Below, in pieces: positions 46,315 through 55,095 of a stretch of DNA of 64,000 nucleotides. The notes below the pieces were generated by a model. That model did not search any database and was not told where the DNA came from. It saw only the letters and a program-made list of their open reading frames with translations. Origin of the DNA: an uncultured bacterium (lineage in GTDB: Bacteria; Pseudomonadota; Gammaproteobacteria; Burkholderiales; Burkholderiaceae_C); the NCBI GenBank assembly GCA_903928495.1, contig CAIYQZ010000059.1, positions 17,210-81,209 on the forward strand, given 5' to 3'. Position 1 is the stretch's first letter. Each line of letters opens with the position of its first letter. The translations under genes and the position numbers were made by a program.

Positions 46315-49175
46315 GGTGCAGGTGCTGCATTGAGGGTTTTCTTAACCTTACCTGCCTTCCCCACCGCCAGCAAACTGTTCAGCCGCTGGTACAGCTCAAA
46401 CAAAAACGCCACGCGCTCGGCGTCGTTTTTGTAGGCCTTTTTTCCGCCGCAGGCTTCGTAGGCTTTGTCCACGGCGGTGTCGAGTTTTTGGTGGGCTTTG
46501 AGCAGCGCCGGGGGCATGGTGAGCGGGTCGTACAGGTCGGCCAGGCTGCTGGTGGGGAACTGGGCGCGGGCGTCGAGCACGGCTTGGGCGGCGGTTTCTA
46601 TAGCCACTTGCGCTTTTCCATCAAGCGCTGGAGGCACTTTTGACACTGAATTTTCTGTTGGGTTGCAGAAGGGCCAGGGGAAGTTGTTGTAGACGATGGC
46701 GGCGGAGTAGCGGTAATCGCTTTTCAGCCGCCCGCAGGTGGTGCGCACCCAAGCGTTGTGCATGGTGCTAGAAAGGACGCCGAAGTGGAACAGGGTGGCG
46801 TCGGGCAGCACGTAAAGCTGATTTGACGCAATAACTTCTGGGGGCAAAAAGCCTATTGGGATGAAGTTACGACGCTCAGAGCTCACCGTGGGAATGGCGA
46901 GGTAATGGGTACTGGGTTGTCGAATTTCTGCAAACAATGTAGGGGTGTTAGCCAGCTTCTTGGTGGTTTCGCGGTCGCGGGATGCCCGCCACTTTCGAAC
47001 CGCTTCAATCCGTGATAACGCCACTGGCGACTGTCTCAGGCTGGTTGGTGATGCATCTCGAAACCAAAGGCACCAGCGCGGCGTGCTGTGCAACAGTTCT
47101 TCACCTCCCATGAATGGCCGAACAAATTCGGCTATCCGTGAATCTTTGGATTCCAGAGAGTCCTTTGTGCTCTTATCCAACGTGTAGTGGCCATCGTCGA
47201 GCGCGAAACTGCCGTACACCAGCCCCGGGACACCGTTGGTGGGCCTTTTTACAGAGGCAAGTAGCACATCGGGTGCATCCACCAAATAGGGGTTGATGCG
47301 CTGCGCAGGCACGGCGTGGGGCTGGCCCTTGATGTCGTCGTACTCGTGAATGATCTTGCCCGCCCGGTCGTTCAGCCCGAAGCCGACGATGACGCAGTGC
47401 ACGGCGGCTTTGCCCTTAGCTTCGTTGCTCCAGTTGAAGGTGCGGTGGGCAAAGTGAATTTTCACGCCCTGTGCCAGCAGCCAGCTCCACAACACGCCCA
47501 CCTGTTCACCTTGCGTGATGCTGTTGGTGGACACAAACGCGCACTCTGGCAGCACCGCACCTGCCGTACCTGATTCTTGGGCGAGCGCCATGTAGCGCGC
47601 GGCTTTGACGTACCACGCCGACACAAAGTCGAGCACACCAGCGCCCTGGATGTGGCCCATCACCTGCTCAAAGTCGGCTTTTTGTGCGGGGGACTGTTCT
47701 CTTTTGCCCAAAAACGGCGGGTTGCCCAGGACAAAACTGCACCGTTCCGGGGCCAGCATGTCGGCCCAGTCCAGCGTGAGGGCGTTTCCGTGCGCAATGT
47801 GGGGGCTGGTGCGCAAGGGGATGCGTGCGAAATACAGGCCAAACTCTTCGCTGACCTGCAGGTTCATTTGGTGGTCCATCAACCACAGGGCCACTTGGGC
47901 AATTTGGGCTGGGAATTCTTCAATTTCTATGCCGAAAAACTGGTCCACGTTCACGCCAATCAGGCTGTGCACGTCCACGCTGCGTTGGCCGGCGTTGCCG
48001 CTGAGTTCGTGGCTGGCGCGCAGCACGGCCAGTTCCAGCAGGCGAAGTTCCCGGTAGGCAATGACCAGAAAGTTGCCACAGCCGCAGGCGGGGTCAAAAA
48101 ACGTGAGGTGGCGCAGCTTTTGGTGAAACTCAAACAGGCGGTTGCGGTTGCCTTTGACCTTGCCAAACTCGGCCCACAGCGCGTCCAGAAACAGGGGCTT
48201 GATGAGTTTTTGGATGTTTTCTTCGCTGGTGTAGTGCGCGCCCAGGTTGCGGCGGGCCTCGGCGTTCATGATGCTTTGGAACAGGCTGCCAAAGATGGCG
48301 GGGCTGATGGCCGACCAGTCCAGCGCGCAGGCATCGAGCAGGGCCTCGCGCATGGGGGCATTGAAGTCGGCCAGGGGCAGGCTTTCTTCAAACAGCTTGC
48401 CGTTGATGTAGGGGAAGCTGGCCAGTTGCGCGTCCAGGTGGGTGCTGCGCTTGGGCTCTGCGGTGTTGAGCACCTGAAACAGTTGGGCCAGGCGGGCACC
48501 CAGGTCCGAGCCGTCGGGCTCGGTGCGCTCCTCCACAAAGGCGCGAAAGGCCTGTGCGGGCTGAAAAATGCCGGTGTCGTCGGCAAACAGACAAAACAGC
48601 AGGCGCACCAGCAGCACCTCCAGCGGGTGCTCGGTGTAGCCGCTGGCTTTAAGTGCGTCGTGCAGCTTGCCCAAAGCGGCAGCGGCTTTGACGTTGACGG
48701 GGTCTTGGGCGCGAATAACCTGGGCCTTGTAGCCGGCCAGAAAGCCGAACAGGCGCACGTGTTTGTGCAGGTCTTTCAGCGCAAATTCCAGCGTTTCGTC
48801 GGGGCGTTCTGCGGTGGCCAGGCGGTGCACGCGCATGCGGGCAAAGTCGCACACCACAATGAGTTGGGGCAAGTCGCGCTCGGCGAGACCGGGGAAGTAG
48901 CCCAGGGCTTGGTCAAACGCGGCGTCCAGGTTTTTGCCCAGCGACTTTTGCTCGACCAGCAGCATGCCAGGCCAGAACAGATCAACAAAGCCTTGACCGC
49001 CACCGTGTTTTTTGACTGCCAGCTCGAAGGTCGCCACGCGTTTGTCGGTGATGCCGAAGATTTCGAAAAACGCCAGCCAAAAGGGTTTGGCATGGCTGTT
49101 TTCGTCCGTTGCATCGGCCCAGGTGCGACTGAAGCTCAGTGCACGGCCCTTTATCTCGTTCCAGCTCAAAGGCAT
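46311..49175 (-). CDS. MmeI-family Type IIL restriction-modification enzyme (fused endonuclease, methyltransferase and specificity domains)
   Basis: N-terminus MPLSWNEIKGRALSFSRTWADATDENSHAKPFW... closely parallels MmeI. Nuclease motif D65-X9-E75-X-K77 (VDLFWPGMLLVEQK), SAM motif FFDPACGCGNFL, and catalytic GNPPFLG. 954 aa. Confidence 0.9.
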   Translation of the reverse strand: MPLSWNEIKGRALSFSRTWADATDENSHAKPFWLAFFEIFGITDKRVATFELAVKKHGGGQGFVDLFWPGMLLVEQKSLGKNLDAAFDQALGYFPGLAERDLPQLIVVCDFARMRVHRLATAERPDETLEFALKDLHKHVRLFGFLAGYKAQVIRAQDPVNVKAAAALGKLHDALKASGYTEHPLEVLLVRLLFCLFADDTGIFQPAQAFRAFVEERTEPDGSDLGARLAQLFQVLNTAEPKRSTHLDAQLASFPYINGKLFEESLPLADFNAPMREALLDACALDWSAISPAIFGSLFQSIMNAEARRNLGAHYTSEENIQKLIKPLFLDALWAEFGKVKGNRNRLFEFHQKLRHLTFFDPACGCGNFLVIAYRELRLLELAVLRASHELSGNAGQRSVDVHSLIGVNVDQFFGIEIEEFPAQIAQVALWLMDHQMNLQVSEEFGLYFARIPLRTSPHIAHGNALTLDWADMLAPERCSFVLGNPPFLGKREQSPAQKADFEQVMGHIQGAGVLDFVSAWYVKAARYMALAQESGTAGAVLPECAFVSTNSITQGEQVGVLWSWLLAQGVKIHFAHRTFNWSNEAKGKAAVHCVIVGFGLNDRAGKIIHEYDDIKGQPHAVPAQRINPYLVDAPDVLLASVKRPTNGVPGLVYGSFALDDGHYTLDKSTKDSLESKDSRIAEFVRPFMGGEELLHSTPRWCLWFRDASPTSLRQSPVALSRIEAVRKWRASRDRETTKKLANTPTLFAEIRQPSTHYLAIPTVSSERRNFIPIGFLPPEVIASNQLYVLPDATLFHFGVLSSTMHNAWVRTTCGRLKSDYRYSAAIVYNNFPWPFCNPTENSVSKVPPALDGKAQVAIETAAQAVLDARAQFPTSSLADLYDPLTMPPALLKAHQKLDTAVDKAYEACGGKKAYKNDAERVAFLFELYQRLNSLLAVGKAGKVKKTLNAAPAP
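46600..46641 (+). repeat. 42-bp motif copy E (inside the MmeI-like CDS, C-terminal region)
   Basis: ATAGCCacttgcgcttttccATCAAGCGCTGGAGGCacTTTT with inner hairpin GCGCTT/AAGCGC. It encodes SKVPPALDGKAQVAIE. Confidence 0.85.
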
Positions 49176-49192
49176 GGCGCACTCCCTGACTT

Positions 49193-49220
49193 TTTATAGC
49201 TACAAAGTATTGCCAATCAA
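49193..49220 (-). promoter_or_regulatory. candidate sigma70-type promoter for the MmeI-like operon (inside motif copy D)
   Basis: The minus strand reads TTGATT-16 nt-TATAAA, ending 17 nt before the ATG, with AGGGAG in between. Confidence 0.4.
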
Positions 49221-49236
49221 TCGACCCAAAGCAAAT
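49196..49236 (+). repeat. 42-bp motif copy D (intergenic, upstream of the MmeI-like gene)
   Basis: ATAGCTAcaaagtattgccAATCAATCGACCCAAAGCaa. The 5' half is well conserved and the 3' half degenerate. Confidence 0.55.
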
Positions 49237-49248
49237 AGATGATTGAAA

Positions 49249-50034
49249 TCAGGCCTCGAGGGGTTTGAACACTTTGAGCCACTTCAGCGCAGGCAAGCCC
49301 CAGCGCACCTGTATGTCGGCGGCGCGGGCTTCCAGCTCGGCACGGCTGGGGCGGCTGGGCGTGCGCTGGGCCAGCACCACGGTGTTGCCTTCTTTGGTGG
49401 GTTTGAACAACCACACCGCGTCGCGGCCGAAAGCTGCGGCAATTTCTTCCACGCTGTCGGGGTATTTGTTGCGCTCGCCGAACAGGTTGACCGTCATGCA
49501 GCCGCCTTCGCTCAGCACATTGCGGCAGTCTTTGTAGAAGTCAAAGCTGTCGAGCACCGGGGCTGCGGCCTCGTGGTCATAGAGGTCAACCTGCAGCGCA
49601 TCGACGTTGCCTGTCCACTCTGGGCTCCGGATTTCCACCCCTGCGTCGGCCAGCACGATGCGCAGCTTGGAATCGTCGGGCGGCAGCTTGAACAGGAAAC
49701 GGCAGGCCGAAATGACCTGCGGGTTCAGCTCCACCGCCGTGGTGCAGATCTTGAGCTTTTTGCGGCAAAACTTGGTCAGCGCTGCAGCACCCAGACCGAG
49801 CTGCATGGCGTGTTTTTTGCTGATTTTGGCGGGATCGTTGAACAACAGCCACGCCATCATGCGCTGCACGTATTCCAGCTCGATGTCGTAGGGCTCGTCC
49901 AGCAACATGCTGCCCTGCACCCATTCGGTGCCCAGGTGCAGGCAACGCACGTTGCCGTAATCCGAAAAATTGACCTCTGGCAGTGCCGGTGCGGCGGACT
50001 GACGGGGGCGTGAGGCAGCGGCCCGGGTGCTCAT
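49249..50034 (-). CDS. spermidine synthase-like SAM-dependent methyltransferase
   Basis: LQLGLGAAALTKF (motif I-like), VDLYD, and a class I MTase fold pattern. ATG at 50034. Confidence 0.7.
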   Translation of the reverse strand: MSTRAAASRPRQSAAPALPEVNFSDYGNVRCLHLGTEWVQGSMLLDEPYDIELEYVQRMMAWLLFNDPAKISKKHAMQLGLGAAALTKFCRKKLKICTTAVELNPQVISACRFLFKLPPDDSKLRIVLADAGVEIRSPEWTGNVDALQVDLYDHEAAAPVLDSFDFYKDCRNVLSEGGCMTVNLFGERNKYPDSVEEIAAAFGRDAVWLFKPTKEGNTVVLAQRTPSRPSRAELEARAADIQVRWGLPALKWLKVFKPLEA

Positions 50035-50177
50035 GTCGTCACCCTGCGTGTGTGTGCTGACAACACAAAACCGGACATTTGCACGCGATGCAAGCCACAC
50101 GTTGTCGCGCAACGACTTGCCGTCACAGAAACCGGGAAATACTGCATAGGTGTTGTTTTGACTTGAAAGGATTGATT

Positions 50178-50990
50178 ATGAACACCGAACTGATCTGGAA
50201 TTTTCTGTCCACCCAAGGGGCAGATTTCGGCCTGAAGATACTGGGCGCCATTGCCGCCTGGGTGGTGGGCCGCTGGCTCATCAACCTGGCGGTGGGCCTG
50301 ATCGGCGGCGGCCTGGAGCGCGCCAAAAAGCTTGACCAGACGCTGATCCGCTACCTGAAGTCCATCATCAGCGTGGCGTTGACGGTGGTGTTGATCCTGG
50401 CCATTCTGGACATTTTTGGCGTCAAGACCACTTCGTTTGCCGCGCTGCTGGCCGGCGCGGGCCTGGCCATCGGCACCGCCTGGGGTGGTTTGCTGACGCA
50501 CTTTGCGGCTGGTGTGTTTTTGCAGGTGCTTCGGCCCTACAAGGTGGGCGACTTCATCAGCGCCGGGGGCACCGTGGGCACGGTGAAGGAGTTGGGGCTG
50601 TTTGCCACCACCATCCTCACGCCCGACAACGTCACCACCATCGTGGGCAACAACAAGGTGTTTTCAGACAACATCCAGAACTTCAGCCACGAGCCCTTCC
50701 GCCGCGTGGACTGCCTGGCCAAGGTGGCCAACGGCGTCGATGCACAGGACGCCATCGCCCGCCTGCGCGTGGCCGTGGCCGCCATCCCCAATGTGAAAGC
50801 CAGCCCAGCACCGGACATTGAGATCCTTCAGTTCACGCCCGAGGGCCCGCTGCTGTGTGTGCGCCCCTACGCCCACACCGACCACTATTGGCAGGTGTAC
50901 TTCGACACGCACAAAGCCGTGGCCACCACCTTTGGTTCGGCGGGCTACCCGGTGCCGGAAACCCCTGTGTCGTATCGCACGGTGGCCTGA
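50178..50990 (+). CDS. small-conductance mechanosensitive channel (MscS family)
   Basis: Three TM helices followed by the beta-domain motif PYKVGDFISAGGTVGTVKELGLFATTI. ATG at 50178. Confidence 0.85.
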   Translation: MNTELIWNFLSTQGADFGLKILGAIAAWVVGRWLINLAVGLIGGGLERAKKLDQTLIRYLKSIISVALTVVLILAILDIFGVKTTSFAALLAGAGLAIGTAWGGLLTHFAAGVFLQVLRPYKVGDFISAGGTVGTVKELGLFATTILTPDNVTTIVGNNKVFSDNIQNFSHEPFRRVDCLAKVANGVDAQDAIARLRVAVAAIPNVKASPAPDIEILQFTPEGPLLCVRPYAHTDHYWQVYFDTHKAVATTFGSAGYPVPETPVSYRTVA

Positions 50991-51007
50991 CCCACCACCG
51001 GCCCCAT

Positions 51008-51538
51008 TCAACCGGCCAGTGCCGGGCCCAAAGCCGCCCACCAGGCGGCTTTTTTTCGTTCCAGGCTCCAGCTGGCGTTGGCTGGACTGCTGGAGGGCAG
51101 CTTGACCACCGGCACCCCCAACGCCAAAGTGTGCCGGTGGTGGCGAAAACTGGTCGCCCCGTTGTGAGCCACCAGCGCCAGTTGCGGACACACCGCCCGA
51201 AAGGCCGAAAAATCATTCACCGTGGCGTTGCGAATGTCAGCGTCCAGGCTGCCCTGGCGCTCGCAACTGGCGTACACGTCCCACAGGCCCACGCCGTGAT
51301 CCTGCAGCCACCGGCAGCGCTTAGCGTAGTCAGAACCATAGCTGACTTTCTTTTCCAGACAAGCGATAGGGGCTGAAAACATCTCAAATACGTGGGCCAT
51401 GAGGGGCCAGAAGTGGTTGCGCGGGTGGCCGTAGTACTGCTGGGCTGCCAAGGACGCCGCGCCGGGAAAACTGCCCAGCACCAGCACGCGGGTGCGCACA
51501 TCCACCAGGGGCGGCAGCCCCACCAGGCGGGCCGGCAT
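51008..51538 (-). CDS. DNA-deoxyinosine glycosylase (UDG family 6-like)
   Basis: VLVLGSFPGAASLAAQQYYGHPRNHFW is the family signature. ATG at 51538. The longer 312-aa ORF is read-through. Confidence 0.75.
   Translation of the reverse strand: MPARLVGLPPLVDVRTRVLVLGSFPGAASLAAQQYYGHPRNHFWPLMAHVFEMFSAPIACLEKKVSYGSDYAKRCRWLQDHGVGLWDVYASCERQGSLDADIRNATVNDFSAFRAVCPQLALVAHNGATSFRHHRHTLALGVPVVKLPSSSPANASWSLERKKAAWWAALGPALAG
51031..51057 (+). terminator. rho-independent terminator of the mscS-family gene, embedded in the 3' end of the convergent glycosylase CDS
   Basis: AAGCCGCC-cacca-GGCGGCTT followed by TTTTTT, 40 nt after the mscS stop. Confidence 0.6.
51338..51379 (+). repeat. 42-bp motif copy Z (inside the glycosylase CDS)
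   Basis: ATAGCTGactttcttttccAGACAAGCGATAGGGGCtgAAAA. It encodes FSAPIACLEKKVSYG. Confidence 0.65.
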
Positions 51539-51540
51539 GG

Positions 51541-52407
51541 TCAGCCCTTTTCCCACAGGGCGCGCAGACGTGGCAACGCGGCCAGTGCGTTGGCCGTGGT
51601 CTGGGCGGCCAAGGCATCGGGGGTGGTACCCCGCAGCCCCGCCACCAGCGCGCCGATGCGCGGCAGCTCGGCGGGGGTGTTGATGCCTTGGGGTTGCCCG
51701 GCAGCGCGCTGGGCAGCAGTGGCATACAGCCACTGGGGCGGGATGTCGGGCGAATCGGTTTCCAGCACCAGGGCGGTGTCGGGCAGGGTGGCGGCCAGGT
51801 GGCGCAGCTGCCGTGCAGCATCGAACGTGACCGCGCCGCCAAACCCCAGCTTGAAGCCCAGGCGCAGGAAAGCGGCTGCCTGCTCGTCGCTGCCGTTGAA
51901 GGCGTGCGCTATGCCCGCTTGCCCCGGCGCCGGGGCACCGGCCCACACACTGCGCAAGTGTTTGAGCAGCAGGTCAGCACTGCGGCGCACATGCAGCAAC
52001 ACGGGCAAGCCGTGCTGCTTGGCCAGTTTCAATTGGGCGCGGTAAAACAACTGCTGGCGCTCTCGCATGGACGGGGTGCACAGGGCTGGCACAAAAAAGT
52101 CGAGCCCTATTTCACCCACGGCCACCAGGCGCGGGTCAGATGCGTGATGCGACAACGCGGCTTCCAGCTGGACCAGATCGGCCTCGGTCGATTGCGGCAC
52201 CCAGAGGGGATGGATCCCCAGCGCATAGGCATTGCCATGTGCGTGGGCGATGTCTCGCACCACCTCAAAATGGGCAGGATGCACCGCAGGCAGCACACAC
52301 AGCCGCACGCCACACGCAACTGCCGCTGCCTGCACCGCAGCCACACCACCGGCCAACGCCTGGATTTCAGGGGCGTCGAGGTGGGCATGTGTGTCGATCC
52401 AGGTCAT
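51541..52407 (-). CDS. TatD family metal-dependent hydrolase
   Basis: WIDTHAHLD, GEIGLD and LLHVR motifs. ATG at 52407. Confidence 0.9.
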   Translation of the reverse strand: MTWIDTHAHLDAPEIQALAGGVAAVQAAAVACGVRLCVLPAVHPAHFEVVRDIAHAHGNAYALGIHPLWVPQSTEADLVQLEAALSHHASDPRLVAVGEIGLDFFVPALCTPSMRERQQLFYRAQLKLAKQHGLPVLLHVRRSADLLLKHLRSVWAGAPAPGQAGIAHAFNGSDEQAAAFLRLGFKLGFGGAVTFDAARQLRHLAATLPDTALVLETDSPDIPPQWLYATAAQRAAGQPQGINTPAELPRIGALVAGLRGTTPDALAAQTTANALAALPRLRALWEKG

Positions 52408-52543
52408 CGGGCGGGTGTGGTGTGTTGGATGAAATCCCTCGCTGAATCTTAGAATGCATGACAAAAATCACGCGGCTCGGTCACACTGAGCGCCAGCAAC
52501 GCCGTAGAGCGCGTCAGGGACGGTACCTCATCGAAAGACCTGC

Positions 52544-53023
52544 ATGGGATTCTTCAGCCGCCTGTTCAATTGGGATGACAAAAAACCCGTTGAACCAGAT
52601 ACCGACAAAAGCCTGGCCAGTGAATTGGGCCTGGACGCCAAGGCCGCCGCCGCCGTGCTGGCAGAAATCGACGTGGACTCGGCCATTGCCGCGCACGAAA
52701 ACTGGAAGCTGCGCCTGGCCAACCACCTGAACGGCACCTCCACCGAACAGTTCGACCCCGCCGTGGTGTGCCTGGACGACCGCTGCGACCTGGGCAAGTG
52801 GCTTCACGGCGCAGGGCGCGAGCGCTTGGGCAAGTACCCGGCGTTCAGTGTGCTGGTGGCGCGACACAAGTACTTTCATTTGCAGGCGTCCACCGTCCTG
52901 CTGCAAAAGCAGGGTGGAGATGCCGCCAGCGCTGAAAAGACACTCAACGGCGCGTTCAAACACGGCTCCAATCAAGTGGTTCTGCTGTTGAAAGAACTCA
53001 AACGCGGACTGGGTACGCGCTGA
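52544..53023 (+). CDS. CZB (chemoreceptor zinc-binding) domain protein
   Basis: AHENWKLRL...CDLGKWLHG...ARHKYFH matches the H-x3-W...C-x-LG-x-W...H CZB pattern. Confidence 0.78.
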   Translation: MGFFSRLFNWDDKKPVEPDTDKSLASELGLDAKAAAAVLAEIDVDSAIAAHENWKLRLANHLNGTSTEQFDPAVVCLDDRCDLGKWLHGAGRERLGKYPAFSVLVARHKYFHLQASTVLLQKQGGDAASAEKTLNGAFKHGSNQVVLLLKELKRGLGTR

Positions 53024-53039
53024 GGGCACAGCCGCCACA

Positions 53040-53828
53040 TCACGACAACGTCAAGCGCCCCTTCAGCAAGGCGGCACGTCGGCTGCAGCGCTGGGCCAGA
53101 GCCTCGTCGTGGGTGACCACGATGAACGCTGTGCCCTGATCGCGGGCGAGTTGCAGCATCAGCTCGAACACACTGTCGGCCGTGCCACGGTCCAGGTTGC
53201 CGGTGGGTTCGTCGGCCAGAACGCAGGCAGGCTGCGTCACCAGCGCCCGCGCCATGGCCACCCGCTGGCGTTCGCCGCCCGACAGCTCTGCCGGCCGGTG
53301 GTGCAGGCGCTCGGCCAGGCCCACACGGGCCAGCATGGCCGCTGCAGTGGCCGCGGCCTCGGCCCGGTCGGTGCGGCGAATCCACAGCGGCATGGCCACG
53401 TTGTCTTGGGCGCTGAACTCGGGCAACAGGTGGTGAAACTGGTACACAAAGCCCAGGTGCTGGTTGCGCAACACGCCTTGCTGCGCCGCACTCAGGCCCG
53501 CCAGCGGCTGGCCCATCAGCGTCACACTGCCGCTGCTGGGCGCATCCAGCCCGCCCAACAGGTGCAGCAAGGTGCTTTTGCCCGAGCCCGACGCACCGAC
53601 GATGGCCAGCGTGTCACCCGCACGCACCGTCAGGTCCACGCCCTGCAGCACGGTCACGTCGAGCCGACCTTCGACAAAACGCTTGGTCAGGGCTGTGGCT
53701 TGTAGCACAAGCTTCGAGCCGGCGCCGGGCCGCCCCAAGCTCGCGAGGGCCCCCTCGGGGGGCAGTGCAGCGCCTTCAGGCGCAAACCCCGGGACATCGT
53801 CACGCTTGGGGGCCATGTTGTCATTCAT
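53040..53828 (-). CDS. lolD: lipoprotein-releasing system ATP-binding protein
   Basis: Walker [10 protein letters not shown], signature LSGGERQRV, Walker B LADEP. The start at 53828 overlaps the lolC stop. It adds about 38 low-complexity residues, and a GTG at 53708 is the alternative start. Confidence 0.88.
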   Translation of the reverse strand: MNDNMAPKRDDVPGFAPEGAALPPEGALASLGRPGAGSKLVLQATALTKRFVEGRLDVTVLQGVDLTVRAGDTLAIVGASGSGKSTLLHLLGGLDAPSSGSVTLMGQPLAGLSAAQQGVLRNQHLGFVYQFHHLLPEFSAQDNVAMPLWIRRTDRAEAAATAAAMLARVGLAERLHHRPAELSGGERQRVAMARALVTQPACVLADEPTGNLDRGTADSVFELMLQLARDQGTAFIVVTHDEALAQRCSRRAALLKGRLTLS

Positions 53829-55071
53829 AGCGAAGCGCCTCTGCCGGGTTCACACGGCTGGCGCGCCAGCTGGGGTAGAGCGTGGCCACAAAGGCCAGCA
53901 CCAAAGATATGACGGCAATCGGCACGATGTCGGCCTGCTGCGGGTCACTCGGCATGCGGCTGATCAGGTACACGTCGCGCGGCAAAAAGGTGGCACCCAG
54001 CAGCCGCTCCAGCGCGGGCACCAGCACATCGATGTTGAACGCCACGCCCAAGCCAAGCAACAAGCCGCTGATGGTGCCGATCACGCCCACCATGGCCCCT
54101 TGCACCACAAAAATGCCCATGATGCTGCGCGGGCTGGCCCCCAGCGTTCGCAAGATGGCAATGTCTGCCCGCTTGTCGGTCACGGTCATCACCAGTGTGC
54201 TCACCAGGTTGAAAGCTGCCACCGCCACGATCAGTGTGAGGATGATGAACATCATGCGTTTTTCAAGCTGCACGGCCGCAAACCAGGTGCGGTTCTGGCG
54301 CGTCCAGTCGCGCACCAGCAGGTCGCCGGTCAGCGTCATCAGCAGTTGCAGAGCCACCTCTCGCGACTGGTGCAAGTCCTTGATTTTCAGGCGCACGCCG
54401 GTGGGCCCTTCCAGCCGGAAGATTTTGGCTGCGTCGTCTTGGTGCAGCAGCACCAGTCCGCTGTCGTATTCGAAGTGGCCCGAGTCAAACGTGCCCACCA
54501 CGGTCATTTGTTTCAGGCGCGGCACCACACCCGCCGGGGTCACCTGGCCGCTGGGGGCGATGAGGGTGACCACGTCGCCCTCGCGCACCCCCAGGCTGTT
54601 GGCCAGTTCTGCGCCCAGCACTGCGCCAAAACCACCGGGCACCAGGCGTTGCAACACGGGGTTGCGGGCAAACATGTCGGTCACTTCGCCTTCCAACGCC
54701 GGATCCACCCCGCGCACCAGTGTGCCTTTCATGTCTTCACCGCGCGCCAGCAATGCCTGGGCAGCTATGAAGGGCGCAGCACCCACCACGTTGGGGTTGG
54801 CACGAACTTCGGTCAGGGTTTGAGGCAAGTTGGGGATGGCTGCGCCACCCGGCGCAAACACCTCGATGTGCGAGAGCACACCCAGCATGCGGTCGCGCAC
54901 TTCTTTTTGAAAGCCGTTCATCACGCTCAGCACAATGATGAGCGCCGCCACCCCGAGTGCAATGCCCAGCATGGACACGCCTGAAATGAAGGAGATGAAG
55001 CCGTTGCGCCGCGTGGCCCGGCCCGCACGCGTGTAGCGCCAGCCCAGAGACAGTTCATAGGGAAGGTTCAT
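53821..55071 (-). CDS. lolC: lipoprotein-releasing system permease (LolC/LolE family)
   Basis: [18 protein letters not shown]... and MacB/FtsX-type topology. ATG at 55071. Confidence 0.9.
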   Translation of the reverse strand: MNLPYELSLGWRYTRAGRATRRNGFISFISGVSMLGIALGVAALIIVLSVMNGFQKEVRDRMLGVLSHIEVFAPGGAAIPNLPQTLTEVRANPNVVGAAPFIAAQALLARGEDMKGTLVRGVDPALEGEVTDMFARNPVLQRLVPGGFGAVLGAELANSLGVREGDVVTLIAPSGQVTPAGVVPRLKQMTVVGTFDSGHFEYDSGLVLLHQDDAAKIFRLEGPTGVRLKIKDLHQSREVALQLLMTLTGDLLVRDWTRQNRTWFAAVQLEKRMMFIILTLIVAVAAFNLVSTLVMTVTDKRADIAILRTLGASPRSIMGIFVVQGAMVGVIGTISGLLLGLGVAFNIDVLVPALERLLGATFLPRDVYLISRMPSDPQQADIVPIAVISLVLAFVATLYPSWRASRVNPAEALRYE

Positions 55072-55095
55072 GCGGGAATTGTGGCATCCCGCACA

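Noticed and set aside
47577-49199. 540-aa plus-strand ORF, and similar long antisense ORFs at 36514-38103, 53464-54984, 55728-57221, 41854-43356, 9856-11157 and 11224-12510
   Set aside because: Each lies opposite a gene with clear family signatures (MmeI-like, ggt, lolC, recJ, GGDEF, mod/res). All are treated as non-coding shadow frames.
52921-52963. GCCGCCAGCGCTGAAAAG...TTCAAACAC in the CZB gene as a reverse-orientation motif copy
   Set aside because: The spacing of the two hexamer positions fits, but the A-run end is displaced by about 10 nt and overall identity is low.
53701-53716. CTTGTAGCACAAGCTT in lolD resembling the CCTTGTAGCT end of copies B and C
   Set aside because: There is no downstream AAGCGCT core or T-run. 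Similarity is confined to 8 nt.
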